Position numbers and translations under genes: made by a program. From a virus (lineage: Duplodnaviria; Caudoviricetes): a DNA stretch of 64,000 nt. Shown piece after piece: positions 9,434 through 19,263 of the stretch; the first letter of the stretch is position 1, and the number at the start of each line of letters is the position of its first letter. The notes under the pieces are model-generated. The model was not told the DNA's origin. It did not search any database and saw nothing but the letters and a program-made list of their open reading frames with translations. Location: positions 1 to 64,000 of the IMG/VR virus record IMGVR_UViG_3300029288_003882. The stretch is one strand, 5' to 3'.

Positions 9434-10452
9434 TATTGATGGATTGGGCGTTAAAACACCAACCAAGGACACCGAAAGAATACATCGGGATGAAATCAGA
9501 TATCCAGATCATATCGAACTTTCTCGATTTGTGGATAGGTGACGTCCCGCCAAAGAAAGCAATTATTTTATTCGGTGAACCTGGAAATGGTAAAACGTCC
9601 ATAGTTTATGCGCTTGAATCGACATACAACCTAAATATCATTGAAGTCAATGCCTCGGATGACCGCAATGCGACAGACATCAAGAAGTTATACCATAAGA
9701 CAGGATTAAACGCCTTTGACGACAAAATGACTGTTATGTTGCTTGATGAAGTGGACGGCATCAACGCTTGGGAAACACTTGGAACGCTTGTGGATAATAG
9801 CATGTGTCCTATATTTATGACTTGCAATAATATCGATGTCGTACCGTATGACTTATCAAAGAAATGTATATCTTTGGAGATAAGATATCCACCAACTGAT
9901 TATGTCATTCGAAGACTAACGGAAATAGCACGGAAAGAACATCTTGATATGGACAATAGGGCAATATCAACGATAGCCGAACGTTGCATATCTGTAAGGT
10001 CGGCAATCTTGACATTGCAATCATGTGCCTTGACAGGTTCGACGAAGCGAATTATACCGCATGATGTCGATTATTCCGAGTATGAACAAATCAGAAGGCT
10101 TTTTTCTGGTGAATCTTGCGCTTTCGATTTATCTCCCGAGGTCGTCAAGAAATGGGCAATATCAAACGGTGTTCCAATCCATAAACTTGACAAGATGATC
10201 ACCATGGGACGTGAATATCCAAACCTTCAAGATGTGGTGGAATCTTATGCAATGACATTAAGGGGTAACATTGAAAAGTTAAAATCACCGTATTACGTTG
10301 CTTTTAAGAAGTTCAAGAAAAAAGAAGCGACAAAGAAAGAAGACGAAGACGAAAAACCAAAAAAGAAGTTCGTTGCAAAAGAAGAAAGAAAACCCGAAAT
10401 CGAGAAAGCCGTAGTTGTCGGAAACAACTCGTTCGGTGATGATTTATGGTAA
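9430..10452 (+). CDS. rfcL: replication factor C large subunit
   Basis: W..K..P.T, GEPGNGKTS, IEVNASDDR, LLDEVDG, PIFMTCN, lysine-rich C-terminal tail. Confidence 0.9.
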   Translation: MILMDWALKHQPRTPKEYIGMKSDIQIISNFLDLWIGDVPPKKAIILFGEPGNGKTSIVYALESTYNLNIIEVNASDDRNATDIKKLYHKTGLNAFDDKMTVMLLDEVDGINAWETLGTLVDNSMCPIFMTCNNIDVVPYDLSKKCISLEIRYPPTDYVIRRLTEIARKEHLDMDNRAISTIAERCISVRSAILTLQSCALTGSTKRIIPHDVDYSEYEQIRRLFSGESCAFDLSPEVVKKWAISNGVPIHKLDKMITMGREYPNLQDVVESYAMTLRGNIEKLKSPYYVAFKKFKKKEATKKEDEDEKPKKKFVAKEERKPEIEKAVVVGNNSFGDDLW

Positions 10453-10715
10453 GAAAACGAGAAGCAATCAAACAAAAAATGACCCCATTGACAAGATTGG
10501 TTTTATTTCTGAAATCTGAAGGCTTCAATAGTGCCCAAATAAGGTACATTTGCACAAAAGTCCTACATATCAAAGGCGCCAAAATCCACGTCAAGATCAA
10601 TATGTATGTTAAATTTGTGGAAATCCAAGAAGCACAACGCCGCTTTTCCTCTGAACGAATCGCCACAAAACTGCGCATGTGCGGACTGTTGGAAGAAATT
10701 AAAAAAATTACCTGA
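10446..10715 (+). CDS. hypothetical basic protein
   Basis: GGTGA SD, overlaps rfcL stop. Confidence 0.55.
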   Translation: MVRKREAIKQKMTPLTRLVLFLKSEGFNSAQIRYICTKVLHIKGAKIHVKINMYVKFVEIQEAQRRFSSERIATKLRMCGLLEEIKKIT

Positions 10716-10733
10716 AATTATAACAAAGTTTAT

Positions 10734-10940
10734 ATGACGGTTCGCCCATTTAGAATACGAGGCGTTTTAATGCGAAAGGCACAAAAGACACAAAAAAAGT
10801 TTTGTGATGAATGCAACAATATGGTGCCAGAGTCTGGTATCGGGTTGCATATAGATGGGATTTATGGGCTTGGTGAATTGAACGTCTGTAATTCTTGCAT
10901 GGATGGGATGCCATATGAGAAAAAATGTGGTAAAAAATAA
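10734..10940 (+). CDS. small zinc-finger protein
   Basis: CDEC ... CNSC; exact start uncertain. Confidence 0.55.
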   Translation: MTVRPFRIRGVLMRKAQKTQKKFCDECNNMVPESGIGLHIDGIYGLGELNVCNSCMDGMPYEKKCGKK

Positions 10941-11226
10941 AATACTTTTGATGAAGGTCTTTTATCAAGAAATAAAAACGGGTCAACGTGATAAGGACCC
11001 AGTGAACAATCCGACCGATGGGCATTGGTTGTCGCAAACGACCAACGATCTAAAAGTATCTTTGCATATGACATCGGGCGAGGCGTCTCATTTTGTGAAA
11101 GCACACATGTTAAACATCAACTTCGGTGAGACGTGCATCGTGGTAAAAAAGAAAAATGGAAAGAACGGTGGGAACGTTTATAGGGTGGTGAATCTACTTG
11201 CCGAAAGCGAACAAACCCAAAAATGA
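10903..11226 (+). CDS. hypothetical protein
   Basis: 107-aa ORF in operon; true start probably ATG 10951. Confidence 0.55.
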   Translation: MGCHMRKNVVKNKILLMKVFYQEIKTGQRDKDPVNNPTDGHWLSQTTNDLKVSLHMTSGEASHFVKAHMLNINFGETCIVVKKKNGKNGGNVYRVVNLLAESEQTQK

Positions 11227-12367
11227 GTTCCGCTTCATACATTGCGCCGACTTGCACCTTGGATTTAAGCAATACAACGAAGACATCCGAGAAAAGGATT
11301 CTTATGATGCATTTGTAGGTATATTGGATTACGCCGTCGCAAATTCTATAAAGTTTATCTTGATTGCGGGCGATATTTTCCATAGCCGTGATATTTCACC
11401 AGAGACGTTATCTATCACCGAAAAGATATTGAACGAAGCACACAACCAAGGAATAATGTTTCTTGCAATCGAAGGCAACCACGATAGCCAACATATCATT
11501 GGTAAAATGTCGTGGCTTCAATACTTGCAAGTCAAAGGGCTTATTGCGCTTTTCGGAAAAGAGGACGGTCCTACATTTCTTGACTTAACATCACCGACGG
11601 GAAGATTATGCGTTTGGGGAATGAAATACGCAGGCGCATCCACAAAACAGGAACTGGATGCGTTCATCGATTACAAGAAAGACCAGATCGAACGTTTCCC
11701 AGAACAAATTGCCCGACCTGCCGTATTGATGATTCATGCAGGTGTTATGGGTCAAATCCCAAATTCTGGTAACATTGATGCATCCGATTTATTGCGCTTC
11801 AAAGCTTACTTTGATTATATCGCAATGGGACATATCCATAAACCGTATGAAATCGACAACTTCATATTTAATCCAGGTTCTTCAGAACATACGTCAATCG
11901 GTGAATCAGAATTTGAAGGCGGCTTTTACGACGTGGTGATCACCAATGAAAACGTGAACGCCAAGCACATAGTAACCAAAAAGCGACCAATGATAAGGAT
12001 TGAAAGCGATATTAACAAGATAGATTATCATTCGATAGTTAAACGCTTGCAAAACCTATCGGAGCCTATCGTTGAGTTCACTTTGGTAGGCGAATCACTG
12101 GAAAAGCCTGACATTAACGCAATACGCAAAGAACTGGAACACTTTTCGAAGATTCTAAGAATTCAAGATAAGACTTATCGACCAATGAAAATGGCGGAAA
12201 CGTTGCACGGTTCTACCGACGAAATTGAGAAAGCGGTGATAACGTCTTTGTCGAATTCGAACGATTTAACCCAACTCATAATCGACCTGAAAAATTCACC
12301 AACAGAAGATTCGGGCACAACGTTGAAAAGGTTCCAAAAACTGGCAGGTGTTGACGATGTTGATTAA
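11198..12367 (+). CDS. mre11: Mre11/SbcD metallophosphoesterase nuclease
   Basis: HCADLHLG, AGDIFH, EGNHD, MGHIH, NPGS motifs. Confidence 0.95.
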   Translation: MPKANKPKNEFRFIHCADLHLGFKQYNEDIREKDSYDAFVGILDYAVANSIKFILIAGDIFHSRDISPETLSITEKILNEAHNQGIMFLAIEGNHDSQHIIGKMSWLQYLQVKGLIALFGKEDGPTFLDLTSPTGRLCVWGMKYAGASTKQELDAFIDYKKDQIERFPEQIARPAVLMIHAGVMGQIPNSGNIDASDLLRFKAYFDYIAMGHIHKPYEIDNFIFNPGSSEHTSIGESEFEGGFYDVVITNENVNAKHIVTKKRPMIRIESDINKIDYHSIVKRLQNLSEPIVEFTLVGESLEKPDINAIRKELEHFSKILRIQDKTYRPMKMAETLHGSTDEIEKAVITSLSNSNDLTQLIIDLKNSPTEDSGTTLKRFQKLAGVDDVD

Positions 12368-14579
12368 ACATCTATCTATCAAGAATATCAAGACGCATAA
12401 GGATACCGAAATTGACTTTTTGCCGGGCGTTAATGCAATCATCGGGCAAAATGGGTCTGGTAAATCGACAATTCTGGAATGCATCAATGCGCTTCTGTTC
12501 CAATCGCTTGATTACAAGCCGTCAGAATTCATATCGAACGGTGAGAAAAAAGGAAAGGTCGTCTTGACGGTCGAAATTGGAAAAGAAACATACGACCTGA
12601 TCAGGACTTTTGGTAGCAACTCGGAATATTTAGTCATAACAAAATACGGTAAAACAATCGCAGACGGAAAAGAAGCCGTCACCGAATGGGTGCATAATGT
12701 CTTAAAGATAGATAACGCAATAGATTTAACGACGTTATGCCAAAATGTGATATGCGTTCCACAAGGTATGCACACATCACATTTCCTTTTACCGCCTTCT
12801 GGTCGCAAGAAAATCTTTGATACGATATTGAACATTGACGCTTATTCTGATTTGTTCAAGCGTCTTTTACCCGTCGCAACTCTATCGAATGAGGCAACGA
12901 CATCCTTAAAGATGAAATACGAACGAATAGGGACGCAAGCAGAGGGCATCGACGCATTAAAGGAACGTGCGGTCGTCATTCAGGAAGACATTAAAAAAGC
13001 CGATGCAGGACTGGATGAAATTACCATAAAGTTGCGAACTATCACGATAGAAAAGAAGACAATGGACGAAAAGCAAAAAGCCCACATCCAGATACCTCAA
13101 ATAAAAAATAATATCGATTACGCAAAAGGTGAAATTGACAAGTTGAATGAGGCGCTCGCAGATACGCAAGAAGCAAAAGAACGCCTGCAAGTTGTCGAAA
13201 AGGACCTTATATTGTGCAAAAGACTGGAAGACGAAGCGCAAGAGGTAAAATTTGAACTTCAAAGAGAAACGCATATCAAGAACGATATTAAAAACCTCGA
13301 AACGTCAATAAAGGAAAATGAGATATACGGTGAAAATATCCAAAAACGCATTGACGACATGGCGCAATTTGTGGAAGCCGCAGGTAAATATGACGATCTT
13401 CAGGAAAGCCTTAACGTGATAAATTCGGACGTTTCTTCGGTTGATTCTAAGATTGAAGAACTTGAAAAGTATAAAGAAGACGCCGAAAAGGGTCAATGCC
13501 CAATATTACATAACGCTTGCAATCAGAATATAAAAAACACCGTTATCGACATATTATCTGGGTTGCGAGAAGATTCCGAAAAGTTGCACGCTCGGTTAAA
13601 TGTCATTAAGGAAAAATTGAAGTATGCAAAACAAGCCAAAGAACAATGCAGAAGTCTCGGTGAAATGAAAAGTTTACTGAAACACAACGAAGAGGCTTTA
13701 TTAAAAACAGAGGGCGATCTGGCGATGTTAAGAATGGATATGCCCGATTTTGACGCAATGCGGTTAAAGTTGAATAGTCTCGAATCTCAAATATCAAAAT
13801 ATAAACCGCTTTCTTCTGAACAAATAAAATTAAAAGCAACTATTCAAGCCGAAAAGGTGAGAATTGGTGCATTACAAGAAAACGAGGCACGTCTCAAGAT
13901 GTATAATACAAAGTTAAAAGAACTGCAAGAAATCGCCAAAGATTATAATCAAGAAGATTTTAATGCCGTAAACGAAGCATACCAGAAGACGTTCTCGGAA
14001 AACGAGGTAATAAAACGTGATATTTACAACTTCAGGTTAAAATTGAAAGATACAATGGAAGAAATACACCAGAAAGAAGATAAGGCAAAAGAAGCGCAAG
14101 AACTAAAGGACAAAATCGCAACATACGAAGCAGTGACGACCATGATCAACAATGTCCGCGAAATCGTCAAGAAGATACCTGAAAATCTGGTGGAACAATA
14201 TGTCGCAAATATCAACTATGAGGCGAACATGATATTTAACGACATCACGAAGACTAATTCCATTCTGACGTGGACGAACAACTATGAGATAGTCATTGAC
14301 GGTAAATCTTTCCACCAACTATCTGGAGGCGAGCAGGTTGTCGCAGCGATTTCGGTACGTCTTGCATTGTTGAAAAGCATCTCGGGCATAGATATTGCTA
14401 TATTTGACGAACCGACCATTAATCTTGATAGTGAAAGACGCGGAACGCTTGCCGAAATGATAAGGAACGTCAAAGGCTTCAATCAATTGTTTGTTGTGTC
14501 GCATGATAACGCTTTCGATAATATCATCGAGAACGTCGTCCATATCAAGCGGATAGATAATCGAACATTTACGGCTTAA
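12357..14579 (+). CDS. rad50: Rad50/SbcC SMC-like ATPase
   Basis: GQNGSGKST Walker A, long coiled coil with central CPILHNAC, LSGGE signature, IFDEPT Walker B, VSH. Confidence 0.95.
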   Translation: MLIKHLSIKNIKTHKDTEIDFLPGVNAIIGQNGSGKSTILECINALLFQSLDYKPSEFISNGEKKGKVVLTVEIGKETYDLIRTFGSNSEYLVITKYGKTIADGKEAVTEWVHNVLKIDNAIDLTTLCQNVICVPQGMHTSHFLLPPSGRKKIFDTILNIDAYSDLFKRLLPVATLSNEATTSLKMKYERIGTQAEGIDALKERAVVIQEDIKKADAGLDEITIKLRTITIEKKTMDEKQKAHIQIPQIKNNIDYAKGEIDKLNEALADTQEAKERLQVVEKDLILCKRLEDEAQEVKFELQRETHIKNDIKNLETSIKENEIYGENIQKRIDDMAQFVEAAGKYDDLQESLNVINSDVSSVDSKIEELEKYKEDAEKGQCPILHNACNQNIKNTVIDILSGLREDSEKLHARLNVIKEKLKYAKQAKEQCRSLGEMKSLLKHNEEALLKTEGDLAMLRMDMPDFDAMRLKLNSLESQISKYKPLSSEQIKLKATIQAEKVRIGALQENEARLKMYNTKLKELQEIAKDYNQEDFNAVNEAYQKTFSENEVIKRDIYNFRLKLKDTMEEIHQKEDKAKEAQELKDKIATYEAVTTMINNVREIVKKIPENLVEQYVANINYEANMIFNDITKTNSILTWTNNYEIVIDGKSFHQLSGGEQVVAAISVRLALLKSISGIDIAIFDEPTINLDSERRGTLAEMIRNVKGFNQLFVVSHDNAFDNIIENVVHIKRIDNRTFTA

Positions 14580-16971
14580 TATACGTTGTAGGCTTCAATA
14601 CTTCGACGCTTGACAATGTAAATGCCATAGTCTTCTTGCGTTCGTATGTCCAAGCCAGTTCACGCAAGATAAAATTACCATAGGCGTTATATCGTGCCGA
14701 ATCGATTTCTACCGTTTGTCCTGGAAAATAATCGAAGCGATCTGGCACGAACTTAACAGTTATCTTCTTTGGTATCTCGTTGTGCGCTCTCACCCATCCA
14801 CGGGCGACTTGATAACAAGCATCGACACCGATGAGCGAGGTATCGGATATATTTTTGTGTCTTGGGTTATCTGGGAAATCAGGTATTGGATTATTCTCTG
14901 GGTCTAATTTTCCTGGATAGTATGCGCGGACACCATTTGCACCAACAACTGTTGCACAATCGAAATAATAGGAGCCATCTATTTCAACCGATAAATCGGT
15001 GATTTCGGCATCGGTTAATGTCACTGCTGGTTCCTGATTTTCATAATCTGGAAGGGGTGCAAATATCACACTATCATTTTTAACGTATATGTGGTAAATT
15101 GTCCCGTCGTCGTTGCCGCCGATGACAAGATATAATAATAATTTTATCGCCTCGAGTCTGGATTTATCTGTTAAATCGATTGAGTCAACTATGACGCCCG
15201 TCTCGATGTCGATACCGCCAGAATCGATGTCATGACCAGAATTTGAAATAATATCTTTGATGATTGCGCCCGCATCTGTGCCGGCATATTTTCCTTCATT
15301 TGGCGGAATGTGTTCGTTGTTCAATGCTTGCAAGACATCATAACAAGCGAACTGGACAGATTTAGGGGTGATCTTGGTCGTCAAAACATTTCCTTTAAAG
15401 ATTCTATCGTCGACCTCGGTTGGCGGGGTTAACTCTGTTTCAAAAGTCAAATCGTCGCCATATGGGTCTTCTACGGTATTGGTGATCACTGCGCGGAAAT
15501 GATAAACGGTCAAGTCATCGAGACCAGTTATTGTTTCTGATATTACATTTCCAACCCTTTTGCCAGTTCTATGTGTCGTTTCTGAACCATACGACAAAGT
15601 TTTACCATATTGGAAATAAACTTCGCAATCTTCGCCAGAATCTTCGGTTACTTCGGCGGAAATTGTTGCGTATGTATCGCCTACATCGGTTGCTGCTTGC
15701 GTTTCAATCGTCGGGCAAGGTTGCTCATCCGTCTTAAACGTCATATCAGAACCAGTAGTTGCGCCCTGATTGTTACTGATAGCCGCTTGGTAATGATATG
15801 TGGTATCTGGGTCCAATCCTGTCAACGCGGCGAAAGGAGTATTTCCAACTCTTTTGCCTGTTTGATGTGATGTTGAACTACCATATCCTACAGTTTTTCC
15901 ATAATTAAACCAAACTTCGCAATCTTCAGCGGAATCTTCCGTTACCTCTGAATTTACGGTTGCACCAAAATAACCAATATCTGTCGCTGCGTCTGTATCT
16001 ATTGCTGGTAATGGAGGTGTATCAAATTCACCGTCGGCGCCATATGTTGTGCCTTGGCTATTCATGATCACAGCACGGAAATGATATGTAGTATCTGGGT
16101 CAAGAGACGTTATATTTTCTGCTATTGTGTCAGGTATTCTCTTTTGTGTTTCGTGATTTGTTTCCGTTCCATAACCTGTATCAAGCCCATATTCCAACCA
16201 AACCTCACAATCTTCGCCACTATCGTCGATGACTGTGGCGTTTAATGTCGCTTGCGTCGATGTTATGGCGGAAGCTGGGTCGGTTTGAACAACGGGTGGC
16301 GCAGGAGGAAACCATTCACCTTCTTCTGCATATAATGAATCACATAACCAGGTTGTTGTCGGTAATTGTGACCAATCTGCAGGCGTGCCATACCAACAAT
16401 TGGCATCCGGATTAATATTTTTGTTATTGGCACCTAATACCGCTATATTTATTTCTGTGTCAACGACCGCAGTTATTTCATATGAAGCCAATAACGTTGT
16501 TCCTGCATCGTCATATACATAAACAGTTAATTTTTTGGATGTTCCATTATAACTCAATATCAATGTATACCATGTATTATCACTTAACGAATATCCCATG
16601 TCCTCGTCCTTATGATATATCCCATGTTGCGAATCGATACGAGCCCTTAGAGCACCAGTCCTATCTACTGATACTCCGAGAACATCAGCGTATAACCACG
16701 CTTCAAAAAATCCCAGAAAACCTATTGAATTGGCATGAGCATTAATAAGATTAGTTGGTGATCTTATATGCATAATACCGTGGAAGTCTTTTGTGAGGTC
16801 TTGTCCAGCAGAAAGAGATTGCCCAAATCTCTGACTGCTACCGGCACTTGTATAAAACGAAGTCCATAAATGTGCTCCACCATCAGTTGAATAATTCGCA
16901 CCGTAGGTAGTATTAGTGCCCACGACCGAATCTGATAATGCTGTTCCTGATTTATCGAGTAAAACTACCAT
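14569..16971 (-). CDS. tail baseplate hub/Tal-like protein with N-terminal lectin-like and three fibronectin-III-like domains
   Basis: Three ~93-aa repeats, then IFKGNV...FACYD, GAIIKDII, FPGQTVEI hub-like pattern; located downstream of tape measure. Confidence 0.7.
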   Translation of the reverse strand: MVVLLDKSGTALSDSVVGTNTTYGANYSTDGGAHLWTSFYTSAGSSQRFGQSLSAGQDLTKDFHGIMHIRSPTNLINAHANSIGFLGFFEAWLYADVLGVSVDRTGALRARIDSQHGIYHKDEDMGYSLSDNTWYTLILSYNGTSKKLTVYVYDDAGTTLLASYEITAVVDTEINIAVLGANNKNINPDANCWYGTPADWSQLPTTTWLCDSLYAEEGEWFPPAPPVVQTDPASAITSTQATLNATVIDDSGEDCEVWLEYGLDTGYGTETNHETQKRIPDTIAENITSLDPDTTYHFRAVIMNSQGTTYGADGEFDTPPLPAIDTDAATDIGYFGATVNSEVTEDSAEDCEVWFNYGKTVGYGSSTSHQTGKRVGNTPFAALTGLDPDTTYHYQAAISNNQGATTGSDMTFKTDEQPCPTIETQAATDVGDTYATISAEVTEDSGEDCEVYFQYGKTLSYGSETTHRTGKRVGNVISETITGLDDLTVYHFRAVITNTVEDPYGDDLTFETELTPPTEVDDRIFKGNVLTTKITPKSVQFACYDVLQALNNEHIPPNEGKYAGTDAGAIIKDIISNSGHDIDSGGIDIETGVIVDSIDLTDKSRLEAIKLLLYLVIGGNDDGTIYHIYVKNDSVIFAPLPDYENQEPAVTLTDAEITDLSVEIDGSYYFDCATVVGANGVRAYYPGKLDPENNPIPDFPDNPRHKNISDTSLIGVDACYQVARGWVRAHNEIPKKITVKFVPDRFDYFPGQTVEIDSARYNAYGNFILRELAWTYERKKTMAFTLSSVEVLKPTTYIKP
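15436..16296 (-). repeat. three tandem FN3-like coding repeats
   Basis: aa ~226-512 repeat EDS.EDCEV.F.YG.T..YG..T.H.T.KR.G...L..DT.YH..A.I.N. Confidence 0.9.
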
Positions 16972-17165
16972 TATTGTTCCTCTTCTATTTCGATTAGATC
17001 ATCAAATCTCATTATCGACGTATTCAAACCACCAGCATTTGGGAAAGTCAACGTGATTTCTGTGGAAGCGTTTTCGCTAATCTTGACATCAATACGGGAC
17101 GGGTAAACGTATGACACTTGCCCGTTTTGCTCGGTTAATTTTACCTTCAAAGACATATTAAACAC
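16971..17165 (-). CDS. small tail protein resembling the N-terminal strands of a baseplate hub
   Basis: SRIDVKISENASTEITLTFPNAGG...DDLIEI; TAATG coupling to the 800-aa gene; start probably 17156. Confidence 0.55.
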   Translation of the reverse strand: MFNMSLKVKLTEQNGQVSYVYPSRIDVKISENASTEITLTFPNAGGLNTSIMRFDDLIEIEEEQ

Positions 17166-19263
17166 TCTTGTATTGAATCACTGCTGTCCACGGAACGTCA
17201 TCGATATATCCACCACGTCTTGAGTGGTTGAAAGATAAAATATAGCCAGTGAATTCTTTGGTGGCTCCGGTGACATCGAAGTAATTAAATCTTACAAGCG
17301 TTTGCCCAATGACATAACCTTCCATCAAGGTTATATCTGCTTCTGTCATATGCGCCTGTCCAGCAATCTTGAGAACTTTGTTCATCGTTCCCAAGCCTTC
17401 GACATCTGGATATCCTCCACCAATATTTTGAGTGATCTGGTAATCGGACTTTAAATCGACATCTACCTGTCTGGGATGTCTATTGAAGGAAATGGTGGTC
17501 GCAGTCAACAAGTCCAAAATTTTAATCTTCATAAGTATTTTGTCGCTGGCTTCGTTTAAATCGTCTTTAACTGTTAGACCTACGACGAAGATTCCCGCCC
17601 CACTGTATGTATGTTGTGCATACGGTGAAGTTTGCCAGGCTTCGGGTGTTCCGTCGCCATAATCGAAACGATAGCCATTTCCTGAAGCGATATATCCATT
17701 ATCATCGACATCATACGAATCATTACCGAAAAACGATAATGTAGAAATGCCTGCCCCAGACAATCTTGATACAAGAGGCTTAACCCACAATCGAGCAACT
17801 GGTGCAGAATTCTGGGCATTTACTTCAATCGTATTAGACCATCCGCTTACGGCGCCATTACTATACTTAACTTTTACCTTTGCATCGAAGACGCCGCTTA
17901 ATTCATTTTGGGAATGTTTGTTATAAACGTGATTGACAACGTTATGAGTAATCCATCCAGAATTCAACCCGTCCCCAAAATCGAACCAATAATGGGTGAC
18001 AGTTACGTCTGGGTCCTCTGGTTCCACAGAAGTTGCGTCGAACGTCAAGCGATAACCAGTTTTGGTAACGATTGGGGTTATTATGTCGTCGTTGTATGTA
18101 TTTTCAGTTACCGCCAACGATACTTCGCCCCCAGTCACGAAGTAAGTTACCTTTAAGTCCTGAAGTATCGGGCTATCGTATCCTTCTTCATTTCTAAATT
18201 TGATAAGCAAAGATATACTGGATTCAGTGATGTCGTGGATATCGATTTCCGCCGCGGTCAAGTCTTCATAGCCAGCAATCGGCACACCGACACTATTAAG
18301 GACGGTCGTTGTTATCATCTTGCGATTAGGGATAGATTCACCAGATTTAACCAACGTTATCTTGTCCCATTGATACCAATTTGACGGGGCTATATTGATT
18401 GTTTCGAATTCTTGTTGGTGATCTGGATATTGTATTTCGTCGTCGTTTTGATTTAAGAAGGTTTCAAGTCTTTGGCTATCCATGTAAACGGTATGGACGC
18501 CAACGCCGCCTGTAAATAAGATTTCAAGACAGACAGGTCCGTCGAAGTCTTCAAAGATTGGTGATATATCAGACGTTTCTTCCTCGGATGTGCTTTCTTT
18601 CAATACGTGATAAAGTATCCTGTCGCCTGATTTTTCTATTGTCATTTTTACCCATTCGCCTTGTGGCGTCTTCGCTAATGTCGGCATTGCAATTTCGGAA
18701 TCAATCGCAATACCATTACCGTCAGGAACAACCTTGAAAAATTGTCCAGAACTCGTGCCGATGTATGCGTATGGAAGACTTGCATAGCCAGTGGCGAAAT
18801 CGTCAGTCGCCCGTTGAAATGCATAAAATCCTACATCGACATCCCCGGCAATAATGGTTGCATCTATAAGAAGATAGAACGAAGCCTTCCAATCGTTCCA
18901 CCCCCCGACGCATAACCCAGCTCCTGAAACGTAATACTTGAACACAGCAACTGGTCCGCCGTTGGTGATCACCTTCGCAGCTTTGTTTCGACCTACTGGA
19001 AAAGTGGGTGTGTCTGATGTTATTGAAGACGAGCCACCAAGAACTATTGCAGAATAAAATGTATTTATTTCAGCGTCAGAGACCATTAAGCATTCTTGCG
19101 CCAGTTTATTTGCTTTTATCAAACCTTCGGCGGTATATTGTAGTATGCGCTTATCAGTGCTCGGCTTTATCTTCGTCGTATCGTGAAAGTCATCCTCCCA
19201 AGTCATCACCAATTTATACCACCTCGTAATCGCCACGTATGATTGCGGAATGTAGTTCTTCAA
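17158..19263 (-). CDS. distal-tail-like protein with lectin-like and two PKD domains
   Basis: YWFDFGDG and YRFDYGDG...HTYSGAGIFVVGLTV PKD motifs; C-terminal Dit-like LKIAG...FTGYILSF; true start likely near 19206. Confidence 0.65.
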   Translation of the reverse strand: MKNYIPQSYVAITRWYKLVMTWEDDFHDTTKIKPSTDKRILQYTAEGLIKANKLAQECLMVSDAEINTFYSAIVLGGSSSITSDTPTFPVGRNKAAKVITNGGPVAVFKYYVSGAGLCVGGWNDWKASFYLLIDATIIAGDVDVGFYAFQRATDDFATGYASLPYAYIGTSSGQFFKVVPDGNGIAIDSEIAMPTLAKTPQGEWVKMTIEKSGDRILYHVLKESTSEEETSDISPIFEDFDGPVCLEILFTGGVGVHTVYMDSQRLETFLNQNDDEIQYPDHQQEFETINIAPSNWYQWDKITLVKSGESIPNRKMITTTVLNSVGVPIAGYEDLTAAEIDIHDITESSISLLIKFRNEEGYDSPILQDLKVTYFVTGGEVSLAVTENTYNDDIITPIVTKTGYRLTFDATSVEPEDPDVTVTHYWFDFGDGLNSGWITHNVVNHVYNKHSQNELSGVFDAKVKVKYSNGAVSGWSNTIEVNAQNSAPVARLWVKPLVSRLSGAGISTLSFFGNDSYDVDDNGYIASGNGYRFDYGDGTPEAWQTSPYAQHTYSGAGIFVVGLTVKDDLNEASDKILMKIKILDLLTATTISFNRHPRQVDVDLKSDYQITQNIGGGYPDVEGLGTMNKVLKIAGQAHMTEADITLMEGYVIGQTLVRFNYFDVTGATKEFTGYILSFNHSRRGGYIDDVPWTAVIQYKSV

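Noticed and set aside
1-14579. Host chromosomal DNA rather than virus
   Set aside because: Replication genes are highly divergent, share promoters, SD style and k-mer signature with the virion genes, and no ribosomal or core metabolic genes are present.
15436-16296. Diversity-generating retroelement template/variable repeats
   Set aside because: No reverse transcriptase in the window, and repeat copies differ at all base types rather than only at adenines.
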